This document shows, one piece after another, positions 1 to 11,770 of a stretch of 64,000 nucleotides of DNA. Made by a program: the position numbers and the translations under genes. How positions within the stretch are numbered: the first letter of the stretch is position 1; every line of letters starts with the position of its first letter. Below the pieces are notes generated by a model. The model did not search any database and was not told the DNA's origin. It saw only the letters and a program-made list of their open reading frames with translations. The stretch comes from Candidatus Eiseniibacteriota bacterium (GTDB lineage Bacteria > Eisenbacteria > RBG-16-71-46), in assembly GCA_031370785.1 (NCBI GenBank), contig JANMQY010000079.1, forward strand, positions 1-64,000, given 5' to 3'.

Positions 1-66
1 TCTATGAAGATTGAAATGGTTCCTAGAAACAAGTTGCGATTCTTGGGAGAACTGGAAACTTTTCTT

Positions 67-2448
67 CTAAAAATTCTCCGACATCCGGAAGCTCTCAGGT
101 CCCCGCGACTCGGCTTCGCGCAACCGCGCGAGCAACCGGGGTTGAGTGAGTTGCCCGAGCAGCGCGTTCTGAATCGCGAACGCCTTGTCCCCGAGATCGT
201 AGTCGAGCCGGGCCCCGCCGCCGCCCCACGCGTTCGGCATGCCCCAGTGATTCCAGCGATCGGGCGCCAGCCGATTCAGGATCACGGGCGACACCGCGAA
301 GGCGTCCGGCGCGAACGCGCGCTGGGCGAGGAAGTCGAGCGCCTCGCGCTGCTTCGCCGCCGCAACGAGCTGGAGCGGCTCCACCATGCCGGTCTGGCCA
401 CGGTGATTGCGGGCGTGATACTGCCCGCCGACCCACTTCACGCCCATGCCGAGTGCGACCGCGTACTGGCTGAGCAAATCGTCCATCGCGTTGCGGAGCG
501 TCGGATAGGAACCGTCCGCCCCGAGGATGCGGTCCTCGAGCTTCGGGCTCTTCCATAAGTTTGCGATCCACTCCGCGCGATCCTTGCCGAACTTGAGTGG
601 ATCGTCGCCGAGGTCCCAGATGTTCGCGCGCGGATCGAGCGCATCCGCGGGGTAGGTGTCGGCGTCGTTCGAGTACTCGTGACCGGGCAGCGTCGACTCC
701 TCGGCGATCGTCCTGGCGAACGCGTAGTCGGCGTCGATGTCGGTGGCGCCGGACGGCTGGTAGCCATAGCGGATCATCCACAGGTCCGCGTCGCCGGCGG
801 TGATGCCGTAGTAATCGCCCTGCTTTGCGCGGTCTGCGGACAGATTGGGCGTGGCGTAGTCCATCACGGACCCGGTCAGCCCGTGCTGATGCGTCCAGTC
901 ACAATCTTGAAGTTTGTCCCACGGCGTCGAGGTGCTCGAGCGAAAGTTGTGCATCAGGCCGAGCGTGTGTCCGACCTCGTGCAGCGTGACGTGCACCAGC
1001 ATCTCGCCGATGAACTTCTCCGGCAGCGGGGCCCCCGCCGGGATCGTCCCGTCGACCATCATGCCAATCTGTGCGAGCGACGCGCCCTGCAAGATGCCGA
1101 GCGGTGCATCGCAGCGGTGCTCGGGCGAGATGAACGATGGCCACTCCTTCATCGACGGCGCGACGTTTTCTGCGATGGCGTCCGGGCTGATGCGGCGGAA
1201 CACCTGCAGGCGCCGCTGGACGATCGAACCTTCGAACAGTATGTCCGCGTCCAAGATCTCGCCGGTGCGCGGGTCCACGCGCGACGGCCCGATCGCGCCG
1301 AACGACGGCTCGGACGACACGATCCAGCGGATCGTGCTGTAGCGCACGTCTTCGGGATCCCAGTTCGGATCGTCGGGCGCATCCTTCGCGACGATCGCGT
1401 TCTTCAGGCCGGCCGCCTCGAATGCCTTTTGCCAGTTCTCGATTCCGGTGCGCACGTACGGCCGGTACTCATTGGGAATGGTGTGGTCCAAGTAGAACAC
1501 GATCGGCTTCACGACCTCGGAGACTGCGGCGTTCGGATCCTTCTTCTCGAGCCGCCAGTGGCGCACGTAGCGCACCCAGAAGCTTTCGGCGGTGTCCTTG
1601 CCGAAGTCCTTCTTCGCGGTGAGGAAGTACCCGGTTCGGCTGTCGGCGATGCGCGGCACCATCGGCACGTCGGGAAGCTTCGAGAACGAGTAGTGGACCG
1701 TGACCGGGATGAAGCGCTCGTCGGGCACGGCGTCGAGCCCGAAGTTGGTGCGGTCGGTCGGCGTGTAGGTGAGCAGCGCTTCGACCTCCGCGTTTTCGGG
1801 GAAGACCTTCACCGCGCCGAGCGCCGAGCGATCCTTGTCGAAGCGCACCGCCTTGCCCGCGAACGCGCCCTTCATGAATTCGGCCAGGTCGGTGAGATCA
1901 CTCACCAGCAGTGGCGCCAGATCCACCAGCACCGCCTTCGACGAATCCTGCTCGCTCTCGATCTTGAGTGAAGCCAGCACCGACTGTCCTTCCGAGAGAT
2001 CCTTCGCCTTCTCGAACGGGCTGCCCGGCGGCGCCAGGAAGCGCGTGTTCTTCTCGAACACCAGCACGTGGTCCCCGGAGCGCTGGAACTCCATGAGGCG
2101 ATCGTTGAGCGGCAGGCCGCCGAGCAGGAAGTTCTGACCGATGCCGCGGCTGAAGCTGAAGATGCCGAGGATCGGCTTGCCCATCTGCTCGGGCCTGAGC
2201 TCGAGGTAGAGGCTCTCGCGCTTCTTGTAGAGCGTGAAGAATCCCTTCATCACCTCGCTGTCCCTGGTGAGCTTCTTCCAGTCGCCGTAGGGCTTCTCCT
2301 TCTCGCTGGCGGCCGCCGCGGCGGCGGTGGCGGCCGCGGCATCACCAGGCTTGCCCGACGGCTTCTTGTCGGCAAGCGCGGGCGTCGCGAGCAGGGCGAT
2401 CAGGATCAGCGCGAGAAGACTTCGCACAGAATCGGGGCGGAACGGCAT
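67..2448 (-). CDS. Secreted zinc-dependent metalloprotease (DUF5117/DUF4953, EcxA-like); C-terminus probably truncated
   Basis: Signal peptide after ATG 2448 with AGGAG RBS; HEVGHTLGLMHNF zinc motif; SVMDY Met-turn; DPRTGEILDADI motif. Stop lies in the AT-rich first 75 nt. Confidence 0.85.
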   Translation of the reverse strand: MPFRPDSVRSLLALILIALLATPALADKKPSGKPGDAAAATAAAAAASEKEKPYGDWKKLTRDSEVMKGFFTLYKKRESLYLELRPEQMGKPILGIFSFSRGIGQNFLLGGLPLNDRLMEFQRSGDHVLVFEKNTRFLAPPGSPFEKAKDLSEGQSVLASLKIESEQDSSKAVLVDLAPLLVSDLTDLAEFMKGAFAGKAVRFDKDRSALGAVKVFPENAEVEALLTYTPTDRTNFGLDAVPDERFIPVTVHYSFSKLPDVPMVPRIADSRTGYFLTAKKDFGKDTAESFWVRYVRHWRLEKKDPNAAVSEVVKPIVFYLDHTIPNEYRPYVRTGIENWQKAFEAAGLKNAIVAKDAPDDPNWDPEDVRYSTIRWIVSSEPSFGAIGPSRVDPRTGEILDADILFEGSIVQRRLQVFRRISPDAIAENVAPSMKEWPSFISPEHRCDAPLGILQGASLAQIGMMVDGTIPAGAPLPEKFIGEMLVHVTLHEVGHTLGLMHNFRSSTSTPWDKLQDCDWTHQHGLTGSVMDYATPNLSADRAKQGDYYGITAGDADLWMIRYGYQPSGATDIDADYAFARTIAEESTLPGHEYSNDADTYPADALDPRANIWDLGDDPLKFGKDRAEWIANLWKSPKLEDRILGADGSYPTLRNAMDDLLSQYAVALGMGVKWVGGQYHARNHRGQTGMVEPLQLVAAAKQREALDFLAQRAFAPDAFAVSPVILNRLAPDRWNHWGMPNAWGGGGARLDYDLGDKAFAIQNALLGQLTQPRLLARLREAESRGPESFRMSENF

Positions 2449-2847
2449 GGATCGACTCCTCTCGTACCTGGCGGCCTGCCTGAATTCGCATGAACGCACC
2501 GGGAAGCGGTGACGTTGTGCGAGAAAGTAACGCCCGCATGCGGGAGAACTGGGGCCGGCACGGACCGGCGCGGCATTTCTGCGCACCGGCGGTGGCGGCG
2601 CGACCGATGGTCGCAGCGCGAGCGCCCGTGACGCGGCAGAGACGCCAGTCCGGCGTGACCGGTCCCCCAACCTCCAGGCGTTGCTCCGTCCAACCCGACG
2701 TAACCGTGAACCCGCCAGGCGGCGCTCGCGGTGCGCCGGCCTCGAGATGCGCCGGCTCGCCGAGGACGCGATCGCTTCGGGCAAGGCCGAGCGGCTGAGG
2801 AACTAGAGGCCGTTCCCACCGCATCGGGATTTCGGGCGGAAATGCGA

Positions 2848-2877
2848 ACCGGGCCGGGGATTTCTCCCCGGCCCGGT
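2848..2877 (-). terminator. Terminator-like hairpin after groEL
   Basis: Perfect 13-bp stem ACCGGGCCGGGGA/TCCCCGGCCCGGT with GAAA loop, 22 nt past the groEL stop; weak U tract. Confidence 0.7.
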
Positions 2878-2899
2878 CGCCCGTTGCGTGCGTCGAGCT

Positions 2900-4549
<1,650 letters not shown>

Positions 4550-4625
4550 TCATGAAAGGTAAGTTCACGGCGTGCGGATCCGTCGATGACGGAAGTCGCG
4601 GACGCCGGTGGATGCGAGGTTTCGG

Positions 4626-4922
4626 TTACTTCTTGTCTGCGAGCACGCCCAGCACATCGTCCTCGCGGAGGATGACGTACTCGGTGCCATCGATCTTCAC
4701 GTCGGTGCCGCTGTACTTGCCGATGAGAATGCGATCGCCCTTCTTCACTTCCATGACGATGCGCTTGCCGTCTTCGGTGAGACGGCCCGGACCGACGGCG
4801 ACGACTTCGCCTTCCTGCGGCTTCTCCTTGGCGGTGTCGGGGATGATGATGCCGCCGCGCACCGACTCCTGCTCCTCGATTCGCCGAACCAGAACTCGGT
4901 CGTGAAGAGGCTTCATGTTCAT
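4626..4922 (-). CDS. groES: Co-chaperonin GroES
   Basis: [25 protein letters not shown]; directly upstream of groEL. Confidence 0.99.
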   Translation of the reverse strand: MNMKPLHDRVLVRRIEEQESVRGGIIIPDTAKEKPQEGEVVAVGPGRLTEDGKRIVMEVKKGDRILIGKYSGTDVKIDGTEYVILREDDVLGVLADKK

Positions 4923-5245
4923 GTTTCTCCTCCTGGCTACTGACCCCTGTGGATGGGGCGGTGTGAGAATGATCGTCTGCTTGACGACCCGAATACGCGG
5001 CGAGATGTGTCTCGGCCTACGTCGTGGGCAAGGTGTATATCACACCCTGACCTCGTCCGGTGATGACCTTCTAATCAATTGGCAAGTCTATGACTGTGGC
5101 ATGGACCACGCGCTTCCCGGAGGGTCGAATCGGCAGCCGTCGCTTAGACGCCTTGCCTAAATGGCACGTTTGTTCTGGCGGAACGGGCAGCGGGTGGGAT
5201 CAAACTCTGGCCCCCGCCTGAGGCGGCGCCGCTGGCCAAAGCCGA

Positions 5246-5273
5246 GACGCCGCCCGCAGTAGCGGGCGGCGTC
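5246..5273 (-). terminator. Terminator-like hairpin
   Basis: Perfect 12-bp stem GACGCCGCCCGC/GCGGGCGGCGTC with 4-nt loop, just downstream of the 5300..6142 gene. Confidence 0.6.
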
Positions 5274-5299
5274 GGGAAAAGCAGAGGATTCGGATCCAG

Positions 5300-6142
5300 T
5301 TACTGCGTGGCCTCGAACAGGGTCTGGCGCGGGTGGCCGTCCAGGTATCCGGTGCTGATCGAGCCGGTCACGGTCACCTTCTCGCGTTCGACCGGAACGC
5401 GCGAGCGGGTGAAGACCACGATCGTGTCACGGCCCTGGTGCAGATAGAAGGTATAGCCGCCGCCGACCGCGAAGACTTCTCCCACGCGGCCGTGCAGCGA
5501 GATGGTGCGGCCATCCCATTCGCTCGCGTGAGTGCGGATGGCATGCAGCGAAACCGCCGGATTCTTGCGCGGCCACATCGCGACCGCGATCAGGGACACC
5601 ACCACCAGAGCGACCAGGATCTGAACCTTGGAGTTCGAACGCAACTCGTCGAGCGCGACGACCCAGAACGGCTCCTTGAGCGGACGTAGCTGAATCCGGG
5701 CCGCGGTCTTCTCGACCACGTCATCGTCCGGGAATGCGTCCGTTCCATCCAGCGGGCCCGGTTGCTCGCCGCCTCCGCGCGGCTCATGGCTCATCGGCTC
5801 TTCGTCCTCGATTGCCGGGCTCGGCTCGCGCCGGGCCGAGGCGGCCGCGGGCGTCAGGCGAAGCCGGGGCACGCTGCTCGCCGCCGCCACCCACGGCTTG
5901 GCCGCGCTCGTCATTCCGGCTGGCGGCTCGGCCCGGGACGGCCGTGGCACACCGCCTCCCTGCTGCGCCAGATCCGCATCGGGGCGGGTCAGGCGAAGCG
6001 GCGGCCCATCGGCAGGGTCGCCGCCATCGCGGGACATCTCGGCATTGGCGCCCACATCGGCGCCCACCAGCCAGTTGGGCCGCGCGCCGGATGGAGGCGT
6101 GGGCGGTGCGTCGAGATCGTCATCGGGCTCGGGGAGCGGCAT
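5300..6142 (-). CDS. Hypothetical membrane protein: acidic/Pro-rich N-terminus, one TM helix, C-terminal OB-fold-like domain
   Basis: GGAGG RBS; hydrophobic VQILVALVVVSLIAVAMW; beta-strand pattern ISLHGRVGEV...KVTVTGSI. Confidence 0.65.
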   Translation of the reverse strand: MPLPEPDDDLDAPPTPPSGARPNWLVGADVGANAEMSRDGGDPADGPPLRLTRPDADLAQQGGGVPRPSRAEPPAGMTSAAKPWVAAASSVPRLRLTPAAASARREPSPAIEDEEPMSHEPRGGGEQPGPLDGTDAFPDDDVVEKTAARIQLRPLKEPFWVVALDELRSNSKVQILVALVVVSLIAVAMWPRKNPAVSLHAIRTHASEWDGRTISLHGRVGEVFAVGGGYTFYLHQGRDTIVVFTRSRVPVEREKVTVTGSISTGYLDGHPRQTLFEATQ

Positions 6143-6226
6143 GATGCCTCCGGAAGGAACGGGAAAAGACTCCTCGCAGATATCGGCAGCATGCCGTGCC
6201 GGGATTAGCCCCGCCTGCGGAGCGGC

Positions 6227-7588
6227 TCAGGACATCCCGTATTGCTTGAGCTTCCGGTACAGGGTTCGCAGGCCGATCCCGAGCATGGCGGCGGCGCGGG
6301 TCTTGTCGTTGCCGGTGTGCCGGAGTGTCGCGGAGATCAGGTGGCGCTCGGCTTCTCCGACCGTCATCCCGATCGCGACGTCGAGCGGGTCGGTCTCGCG
6401 CGCCCCTTCGCGGAGCGCGTCGGGCAGATCCGAGAGATTGAGCGGGCGGCGCCCCTCGGCGAACACGACCATGCCCTCCACCGCGTTCTTGAGCTCGCGC
6501 ACGTTGCCGGGCCAGTCGTGGCCGGTCAGGCGCTCGAGCGCACCGCGCGTGATGCCGGTCACCCTCCGGTTGTGCTCGCGGTTGAACTGCCGGACGAAGG
6601 CGTCGACCAGCAGCGGGATGTCCTCGCGCCGCTCGCGCAGCGCCGGCATCTGCACCCGCACCACCCCCAGCCGGTAGAACAGATCCTCGCGAAAGTGTCC
6701 GGCCTTGACCTCGTCCGCCAGATCGCGGTGCGTCGCCGCGATCAGGCGCACGTCGGCGCGTAAAGGCTCCCTCGCCCCGATGCGCGAGAAGGTGCGTTCC
6801 TGGACGAGATGCAGCAGCGCCACCTGCACCAGCGGCGGCAATGCGGCGACACCGTCGAGGAACAGCGTGCCGCCCTCGGCGAGCTCGACCCGCCCGGGGC
6901 GCGCCTGCGTTCCTGCCGAGCTGGGAGGCTGGATTCCGAACAGCTCGCTCTCGATCAGCGACTCCGGCACCGACTCGCAATCGACCGACACGAACGGCCC
7001 CTGCTTGCGCGCGCTGTTCTGGTGGATCGCCTGCGCGACCACGCCCTTGCCTGTGCCGGGCTCGCCTTCGATCAGCACCGAGGCGCGCGTCGAGGCGATG
7101 TGCCGCACCTGCTCGATCACGCGCTGCAGGGCGCGCGAGTGCCCATGCAGGCGCTCGAGCCCGAAGCGCTCGTCGAGGCGGCCCTCGAGGTCGGCGACCC
7201 GCGCGCTCAGCTTCTGCTGCGCGAGACCGCGCTCGAGCACAGCGAGCAGTTTCTCGAGATGCAGCGGACGCACCTGGAAGTCGTGAGCGCCCCGGCGCAT
7301 CGCATCGATCGCCATCTCACTGTCGGGGCCGTCGGTCATCATCACCGCGCACATCACGGGATTGCGCTCGAGCGCGCGCGCGAGCAGCGCCATTCCGTCG
7401 ATGCGTGGCGAGCGCAGCTCCGAGACCAGGCAGTCCACGCTGGCCCCGTCATCGAGTGCGCTGAAGGCGCCCTCGCCGTCCTTCGCCCACACGACTTCGA
7501 AGCCGCGCCCGCGCAGGAAGGCGATCAGCGCCTGGGTCGCGTCGCTCTCACGGTCCACCACCAGCGCGGTGGGCGGGTCTCGATGCAT
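6227..7588 (-). CDS. NtrC/AtoC-family REC-AAA+-Fis HTH regulator with degenerate motifs
   Basis: GEPGTGK, ESELFG, GGTLFLD, RLIAATHRDL, FREDLFYRL, WPGNVREL, Fis HTH. Start 7588 or 7621. Confidence 0.9.
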   Translation of the reverse strand: MHRDPPTALVVDRESDATQALIAFLRGRGFEVVWAKDGEGAFSALDDGASVDCLVSELRSPRIDGMALLARALERNPVMCAVMMTDGPDSEMAIDAMRRGAHDFQVRPLHLEKLLAVLERGLAQQKLSARVADLEGRLDERFGLERLHGHSRALQRVIEQVRHIASTRASVLIEGEPGTGKGVVAQAIHQNSARKQGPFVSVDCESVPESLIESELFGIQPPSSAGTQARPGRVELAEGGTLFLDGVAALPPLVQVALLHLVQERTFSRIGAREPLRADVRLIAATHRDLADEVKAGHFREDLFYRLGVVRVQMPALRERREDIPLLVDAFVRQFNREHNRRVTGITRGALERLTGHDWPGNVRELKNAVEGMVVFAEGRRPLNLSDLPDALREGARETDPLDVAIGMTVGEAERHLISATLRHTGNDKTRAAAMLGIGLRTLYRKLKQYGMS

Positions 7589-7658
7589 GGGGTGCAGGAT
7601 CGTTATGCGACGAGGCGACATCAGGCCGCGGGGCGTGCGACGCCCCGGCCGGACGCGC

Positions 7659-8138
7659 TCACTTCAGCGCGTCGAGCGCGCGAAGCACTCCGTCCACGCT
7701 GGGGATCTGCGCCCTGTCGCCGGGAGAGGCGGCATGGTCCTTGTGCACGATCACTCCGTTGCGGTCCACCACGAACGTGGCGCGACCGCTGTACCCGGTG
7801 TCCTCCGTGAGCACGCCGTACGCCCGGCTCGCGTTGCGCTGGAAGTCGGAGAGGAGCGGGAACGAGAGCCTGAGCTTGTGCGCGAACTCGGTGTTCGCGT
7901 AGTGGCTGTCGACGCTGATGCCGAACACTGCCGCGCCGCGCGCCTGCAACTCCGCGTAACGCTTCTCCACATCGGGAAGCTGGTGCGAACAGACCGGCGA
8001 GAAGGCGAGCGGGAAGAACACCAGCACGACCGGATTGGTTTCGCGGTATTCGGAAAGGGTCACCAGTTGCCCGCCCGGTCCCTTGAGCTTGAAGTCCGGA
8101 GCGGTCTGTCCGACGTCGATGGATGCGGTGGCCGGCAT
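7659..8138 (-). CDS. Peroxiredoxin (AhpC/TSA, AhpE-like)
   Basis: APDFKL, FFPLAFSPVC, GISVDS, FPLLSD, RATFVVD. Confidence 0.9.
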   Translation of the reverse strand: MPATASIDVGQTAPDFKLKGPGGQLVTLSEYRETNPVVLVFFPLAFSPVCSHQLPDVEKRYAELQARGAAVFGISVDSHYANTEFAHKLRLSFPLLSDFQRNASRAYGVLTEDTGYSGRATFVVDRNGVIVHKDHAASPGDRAQIPSVDGVLRALDALK

Positions 8139-8207
8139 GGGGAGCCTCCCCTGGGATTTGTCGTGAGCGGCGTGGGGGTGTCGATTATCCGGGCCGGGGC
8201 GAGACTG

Positions 8208-8810
8208 TCAACCCGACTTTTTGTTGGTGAGCCGGACGACGTCCTGGCTCGCGGCCGCCAGCTCGTCGAGCGAGCGGACACCCTTCTCGCGCTCCCAGCG
8301 CTCCGCGAGCGCGATCAGCAGACGCGCGGTGGTACGCGCATCGGACGCCGCGCGGTGCTCGGTTTCCTCGGGCAGCCCAAGTCGGTGGGCCAGCTGGCTG
8401 AGAGAGTTGGTCCCCGCGCCGAAGAGTCCGCGAGCGAGGCCGAGGGTGTCGATCACCGGCGCGGTGAATGGCGGCTGCCCCGCCCCTCGCAGAAGCGCCG
8501 CAAGAAACGGAAGGTCGAACGGGGCGTTGTGAAAGACCAGGGTGCGCTCGCCGCACGCCTCGCGAAGCTTTCGCCCGACCTCGGTCGGGCCCGGCGCTCC
8601 CGCGACCATCGCATCGGTGATCCCGTGCACCGCGCTCGCGCCGTGCGGGATGGGACGCGAGGGCCGGATCAGGCTCGACCAGGTGTCTGCGATCGAGCGA
8701 TTCACGATCGAGACGAGCGCCACCTCGACCAGCTCGTGGCCGTGGGCGGGATCGAATCCTGTGGTCTCGGTGTCTACCGCCTCGACAGTCTGCCCATCGA
8801 GCAGCGCCAC
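8208..8810 (-). CDS. DEDDh 3'-5' exonuclease (DnaQ-like)
   Basis: VDTETTG, HNAPFDL, IDTL, HRAASDA. Confidence 0.92.
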   Translation of the reverse strand: MALLDGQTVEAVDTETTGFDPAHGHELVEVALVSIVNRSIADTWSSLIRPSRPIPHGASAVHGITDAMVAGAPGPTEVGRKLREACGERTLVFHNAPFDLPFLAALLRGAGQPPFTAPVIDTLGLARGLFGAGTNSLSQLAHRLGLPEETEHRAASDARTTARLLIALAERWEREKGVRSLDELAAASQDVVRLTNKKSG

Positions 8811-8814
8811 CGGA

Positions 8815-9309
8815 TCAGCGCGCCGCGCTGCGGGTGAAGGACTCGAAGCTCTCGCCGCGGTCGAGATGACCGTCGCCGATGTAGCGCAGCAGGAGCAGAA
8901 ACCGATCGGCGGGCACGTAGCCCGGCACGTTCACCAGATGCTCGCCGCCGGAACGGAGAAAGATCGTGGTCGGATAACCGGAAACCCCGAAGTGCCCGGC
9001 CAGCGAAGTGCCGCTGAAGGAGCGTCCCTTGTACGAAGCCGCTTCTGGAGACTCGGCGTTGAGCCGGATCGTCACGAAGTGCTCGTCGAGATACGCGCTG
9101 ACGTCGCGGCGGTCGTAGACGTCGCGATCCATGCGTCGGCACCAGCCACACCAGTCGGTGTAGACATCCACCAGCACCGGCTTGCCGCTGCTGGCAGCCT
9201 CGCTCAGCCCGGGGTTCCACGCGCGCCAGCGCGGACCGGCATCTCCGGGACCCGCGAGGAGCAGCGATGCCGCGGCCGCGGCGGTGAGAATGAATATCGG
9301 GAAACGCAT
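8815..9309 (-). CDS. Exported thioredoxin-fold protein (SoxW/DUF255-like)
   Basis: Signal peptide; KPVLVDVYTDWCGWCRRM; GYPT cis-Pro loop. Confidence 0.88.
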   Translation of the reverse strand: MRFPIFILTAAAAASLLLAGPGDAGPRWRAWNPGLSEAASSGKPVLVDVYTDWCGWCRRMDRDVYDRRDVSAYLDEHFVTIRLNAESPEAASYKGRSFSGTSLAGHFGVSGYPTTIFLRSGGEHLVNVPGYVPADRFLLLLRYIGDGHLDRGESFESFTRSAAR

Positions 9310-9428
9310 GGAGACTCCGGTCGGGAAGGCGTAGCGCTCTGGGAGCGCGGGAAGTCTAACACGCGCGGCCGCCCTCGGGGATCGAGACGCGGGACTTCTT
9401 TGCCGGGCCTTGACCTTCGCGGCCTCGT

Positions 9429-10265
9429 TCAGACGAAGACGGTGTGCCGAAGCGTCGCAGACGGCCGCTTCGGGTCGAACCACACACCACACAGGCGCGC
9501 AGTTCCGAATTGCCCGGGGTTTACGATCGCGGTGCGACCGATGAGGTCGTGATACGCCGACGACACGCGTGGCGATTCGTGGATGTGTCCGCTGAGCACG
9601 AGCGGCGGCTGATGCCGTTCCACGAATGCGCGGATGGCGCGCGAACCGACGTGCATGCCGGGAGCGATCATGTCGCATGCGGTGCCGCGCGGCGGCGAGT
9701 GCAATACGAAGACGGTATCCCCGGGCGGTGTCTCGGCGGCGAGGCTCTCGAGCGCGGCGGCGATGGTCGGAGTGCGGGCCGCGGGATCGAATCGATACGG
9801 TTCGACCGCGCCCGGCGCGCTCACCCAGCCCTCGAGTCGTGGCGGCGATTCCTCCGCGCCGTCTTCCCAGCGTTCCCAGTCCTTGAGCGCGAACGGCGTG
9901 ATCGGAACCCACGAAAGGCCGGCGAAGCGCGTCCCGTCCACCTCCAGGACCCGTCCGTGCAGCACGTGCCACAGGTCGCCGTGGTTCGCCTCGAGGCAGT
10001 CGTGGTTCGCGCGCCAATCGTCGTTGCCCATGAGCAGAAGCAACGGAGTTTCCGGCGTCGCCTCGCGCAACCGGCGCGCGAACTCCACGAGGAAGCCCTG
10101 CAGGAACACGCGCTGGTGACGCACCCCCTCGGCACCCGGTGCGTGCGGGCACAGATCGCCGCCGATGACCACGCCGCGCGGCCGGTGCGCGGCGGCGGTG
10201 GCGAGAAGCTGCTCGTACAGAGCGCCCTGACCGTGCAGATCGGAGGTGAAGAACCACTCGCTCAC
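9429..10265 (-). CDS. Calcineurin-like metallophosphoesterase (Icc-related)
   Basis: SDLHG, GGDL, MGND, HSPP, SGHIHE. Confidence 0.88.
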   Translation of the reverse strand: MSEWFFTSDLHGQGALYEQLLATAAAHRPRGVVIGGDLCPHAPGAEGVRHQRVFLQGFLVEFARRLREATPETPLLLLMGNDDWRANHDCLEANHGDLWHVLHGRVLEVDGTRFAGLSWVPITPFALKDWERWEDGAEESPPRLEGWVSAPGAVEPYRFDPAARTPTIAAALESLAAETPPGDTVFVLHSPPRGTACDMIAPGMHVGSRAIRAFVERHQPPLVLSGHIHESPRVSSAYHDLIGRTAIVNPGQFGTARLCGVWFDPKRPSATLRHTVFV

Positions 10266-10446
10266 GTCACGCTCCTGTCATGCCAGCGGCGCCTTGCGTG
10301 CTTGAGGAAGGTCAGGAATCTATCCGAGTGATTTCAGAGATCGCAACTGGAGGAGAAAGACCTTGACCCCCGGGGCGGCTGGTCCGGATACTTTTCGCTC
10401 CTCGCATCATGCTCAGCGACCGAAGAGGCTCCCCGAAAGGAACCCC

Positions 10447-11637
10447 ATGTACCTGAAGTCTCACGCGCACGGCATTCTGTGCGCGGCGCTGCTGCTGTTC
10501 TCCGCCGGCTCCGCCGCCAACGCCGCCAGAGATCCGGCGAACCTGCTCGGCAATCCCGGCTTCGAGCAGTCACGTCCCGGACATCAGTGGATGCCCGCGA
10601 GCTGGGACACCTCCGAATCCGGGTTGCCGACCGTGTTCTTCGGGCGCGACACCTTTCTCGTGCACGGGGGCAACTACGCGGTGACGGTGGCGAACGTGAG
10701 CACGGTGTGGCCGATGGCGCACAACTGGAGCCAGACGCTCAAGATCGATCGGTCCTGGTGGGGCAAGGATGCGGTGCTCTCGGTGTGGACGCGAAGCAAC
10801 GGGCTGCAGGGGCGTGGCTACATCCTGCTTCAGGCCTATCGCGACACTCTCACCCGCGCCGCGCTCGAGCACGGCGTGAGCCGCGATTCGGCGATGCGCA
10901 TCCTCAACATCAAGCGCATCGACGATCCGGCGTATCCCCTCGGATGGAAGCGCCGCTACTTCTCCGAGAACGAGACCGAGTGGGTGCGCCGAGAGGTGCG
11001 CGTGTTCCTCGCGCCACTCACCAATGCGGTTTTCGTGCGCTGCGGAATGACCGGCACCGGCCAGGTCATCTTCGACGACGCCTCGCTGACGATCGAGAAC
11101 GCCCGCCCGGCGGACCCGCTGCCGCGGAACACCAATCTGCTCCTCGATCCATCGTTCGAGGAGGGCGGGAATGCGTGGGAGTATTCCGCGCCGCCATGGG
11201 AAGGCATGCACGTGGACGTGGACACCACCACCGCCCGCACCGGCCGCGCCTGCGGAATGGCAACCGGCGGAAACGCCGGCTGGGTCAAGGGCCGCGCCGG
11301 CTTCTGCCAGGTGATCGTGAACCGCAATCTTGGCGGCAAGCAGGTCCGCCTGAGCGGGTACGTACGCACCGACAGCCTCAAGGGCATCGCGGGTATCCGG
11401 CTCTACGCGCACACCCTTCACGGCGAAGAGTACATGCCGCCGCCCAAGCAGTTCTCCGACAACACCGACTGGACGCTCACCACGCTCTACATGGATCTGC
11501 CGAAGGACACTTACGAGGTGTGGGCCTGGTTCCAGTACAACGCGCCGGTACCCGGCAGGGTGTACTACGACGACTGTTCGCTGGAGGTGATCGGGCCTGC
11601 GACCGGCAAGTACAAAGCACCGCCGCTCATGCCCTGA
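10447..11637 (+). CDS. Secreted protein with two CBM4/9-like (galactose-binding-like) domains
   Basis: Signal peptide; repeated NLLGNPGFE / NLLLDPSFE starts and FDDASL / YDDCSL ends; GAAAGGA RBS. Confidence 0.7.
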   Translation: MYLKSHAHGILCAALLLFSAGSAANAARDPANLLGNPGFEQSRPGHQWMPASWDTSESGLPTVFFGRDTFLVHGGNYAVTVANVSTVWPMAHNWSQTLKIDRSWWGKDAVLSVWTRSNGLQGRGYILLQAYRDTLTRAALEHGVSRDSAMRILNIKRIDDPAYPLGWKRRYFSENETEWVRREVRVFLAPLTNAVFVRCGMTGTGQVIFDDASLTIENARPADPLPRNTNLLLDPSFEEGGNAWEYSAPPWEGMHVDVDTTTARTGRACGMATGGNAGWVKGRAGFCQVIVNRNLGGKQVRLSGYVRTDSLKGIAGIRLYAHTLHGEEYMPPPKQFSDNTDWTLTTLYMDLPKDTYEVWAWFQYNAPVPGRVYYDDCSLEVIGPATGKYKAPPLMP

Positions 11638-11653
11638 GCGATCTCGATTGCAC

Positions 11654-11691
11654 GCGCGGCCCGCTTCCGCTCCGACGGAGGCGGGCCGCGC
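11654..11691 (+). terminator. Intrinsic terminator
   Basis: 16-bp GC stem (one G-U pair) followed by CGATTTT, directly after the stop at 11637. Confidence 0.65.
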
Positions 11692-11731
11692 CGATTTTCG
11701 CCCGCGCGATCGGCACGAGAAGGTCGACCCC

Positions 11732-11760
11732 TTGACGGGTTTCGACTGCGGACCCACACT
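11732..11760 (+). promoter_or_regulatory. Sigma70-type promoter for the downstream ncRNA
   Basis: TTGACG-17 nt-CACACT. Confidence 0.6.
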
Positions 11761-11770
11761 TCCGTGTGCA

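Noticed and set aside
2449..2784. N-terminal extensions in the ORF track (protease, dnaA, dnaN, pstS, pstB, phoU, corA and others)
   Set aside because: Downstream starts fit RBSs, signal peptides or family N-termini better; the extensions are low-complexity or overlap neighbouring genes.
5162..5177. TGGCACG as a sigma54 promoter
   Set aside because: The -12 position reads TTCT rather than TTGC, and it points away from groES into a gene end.
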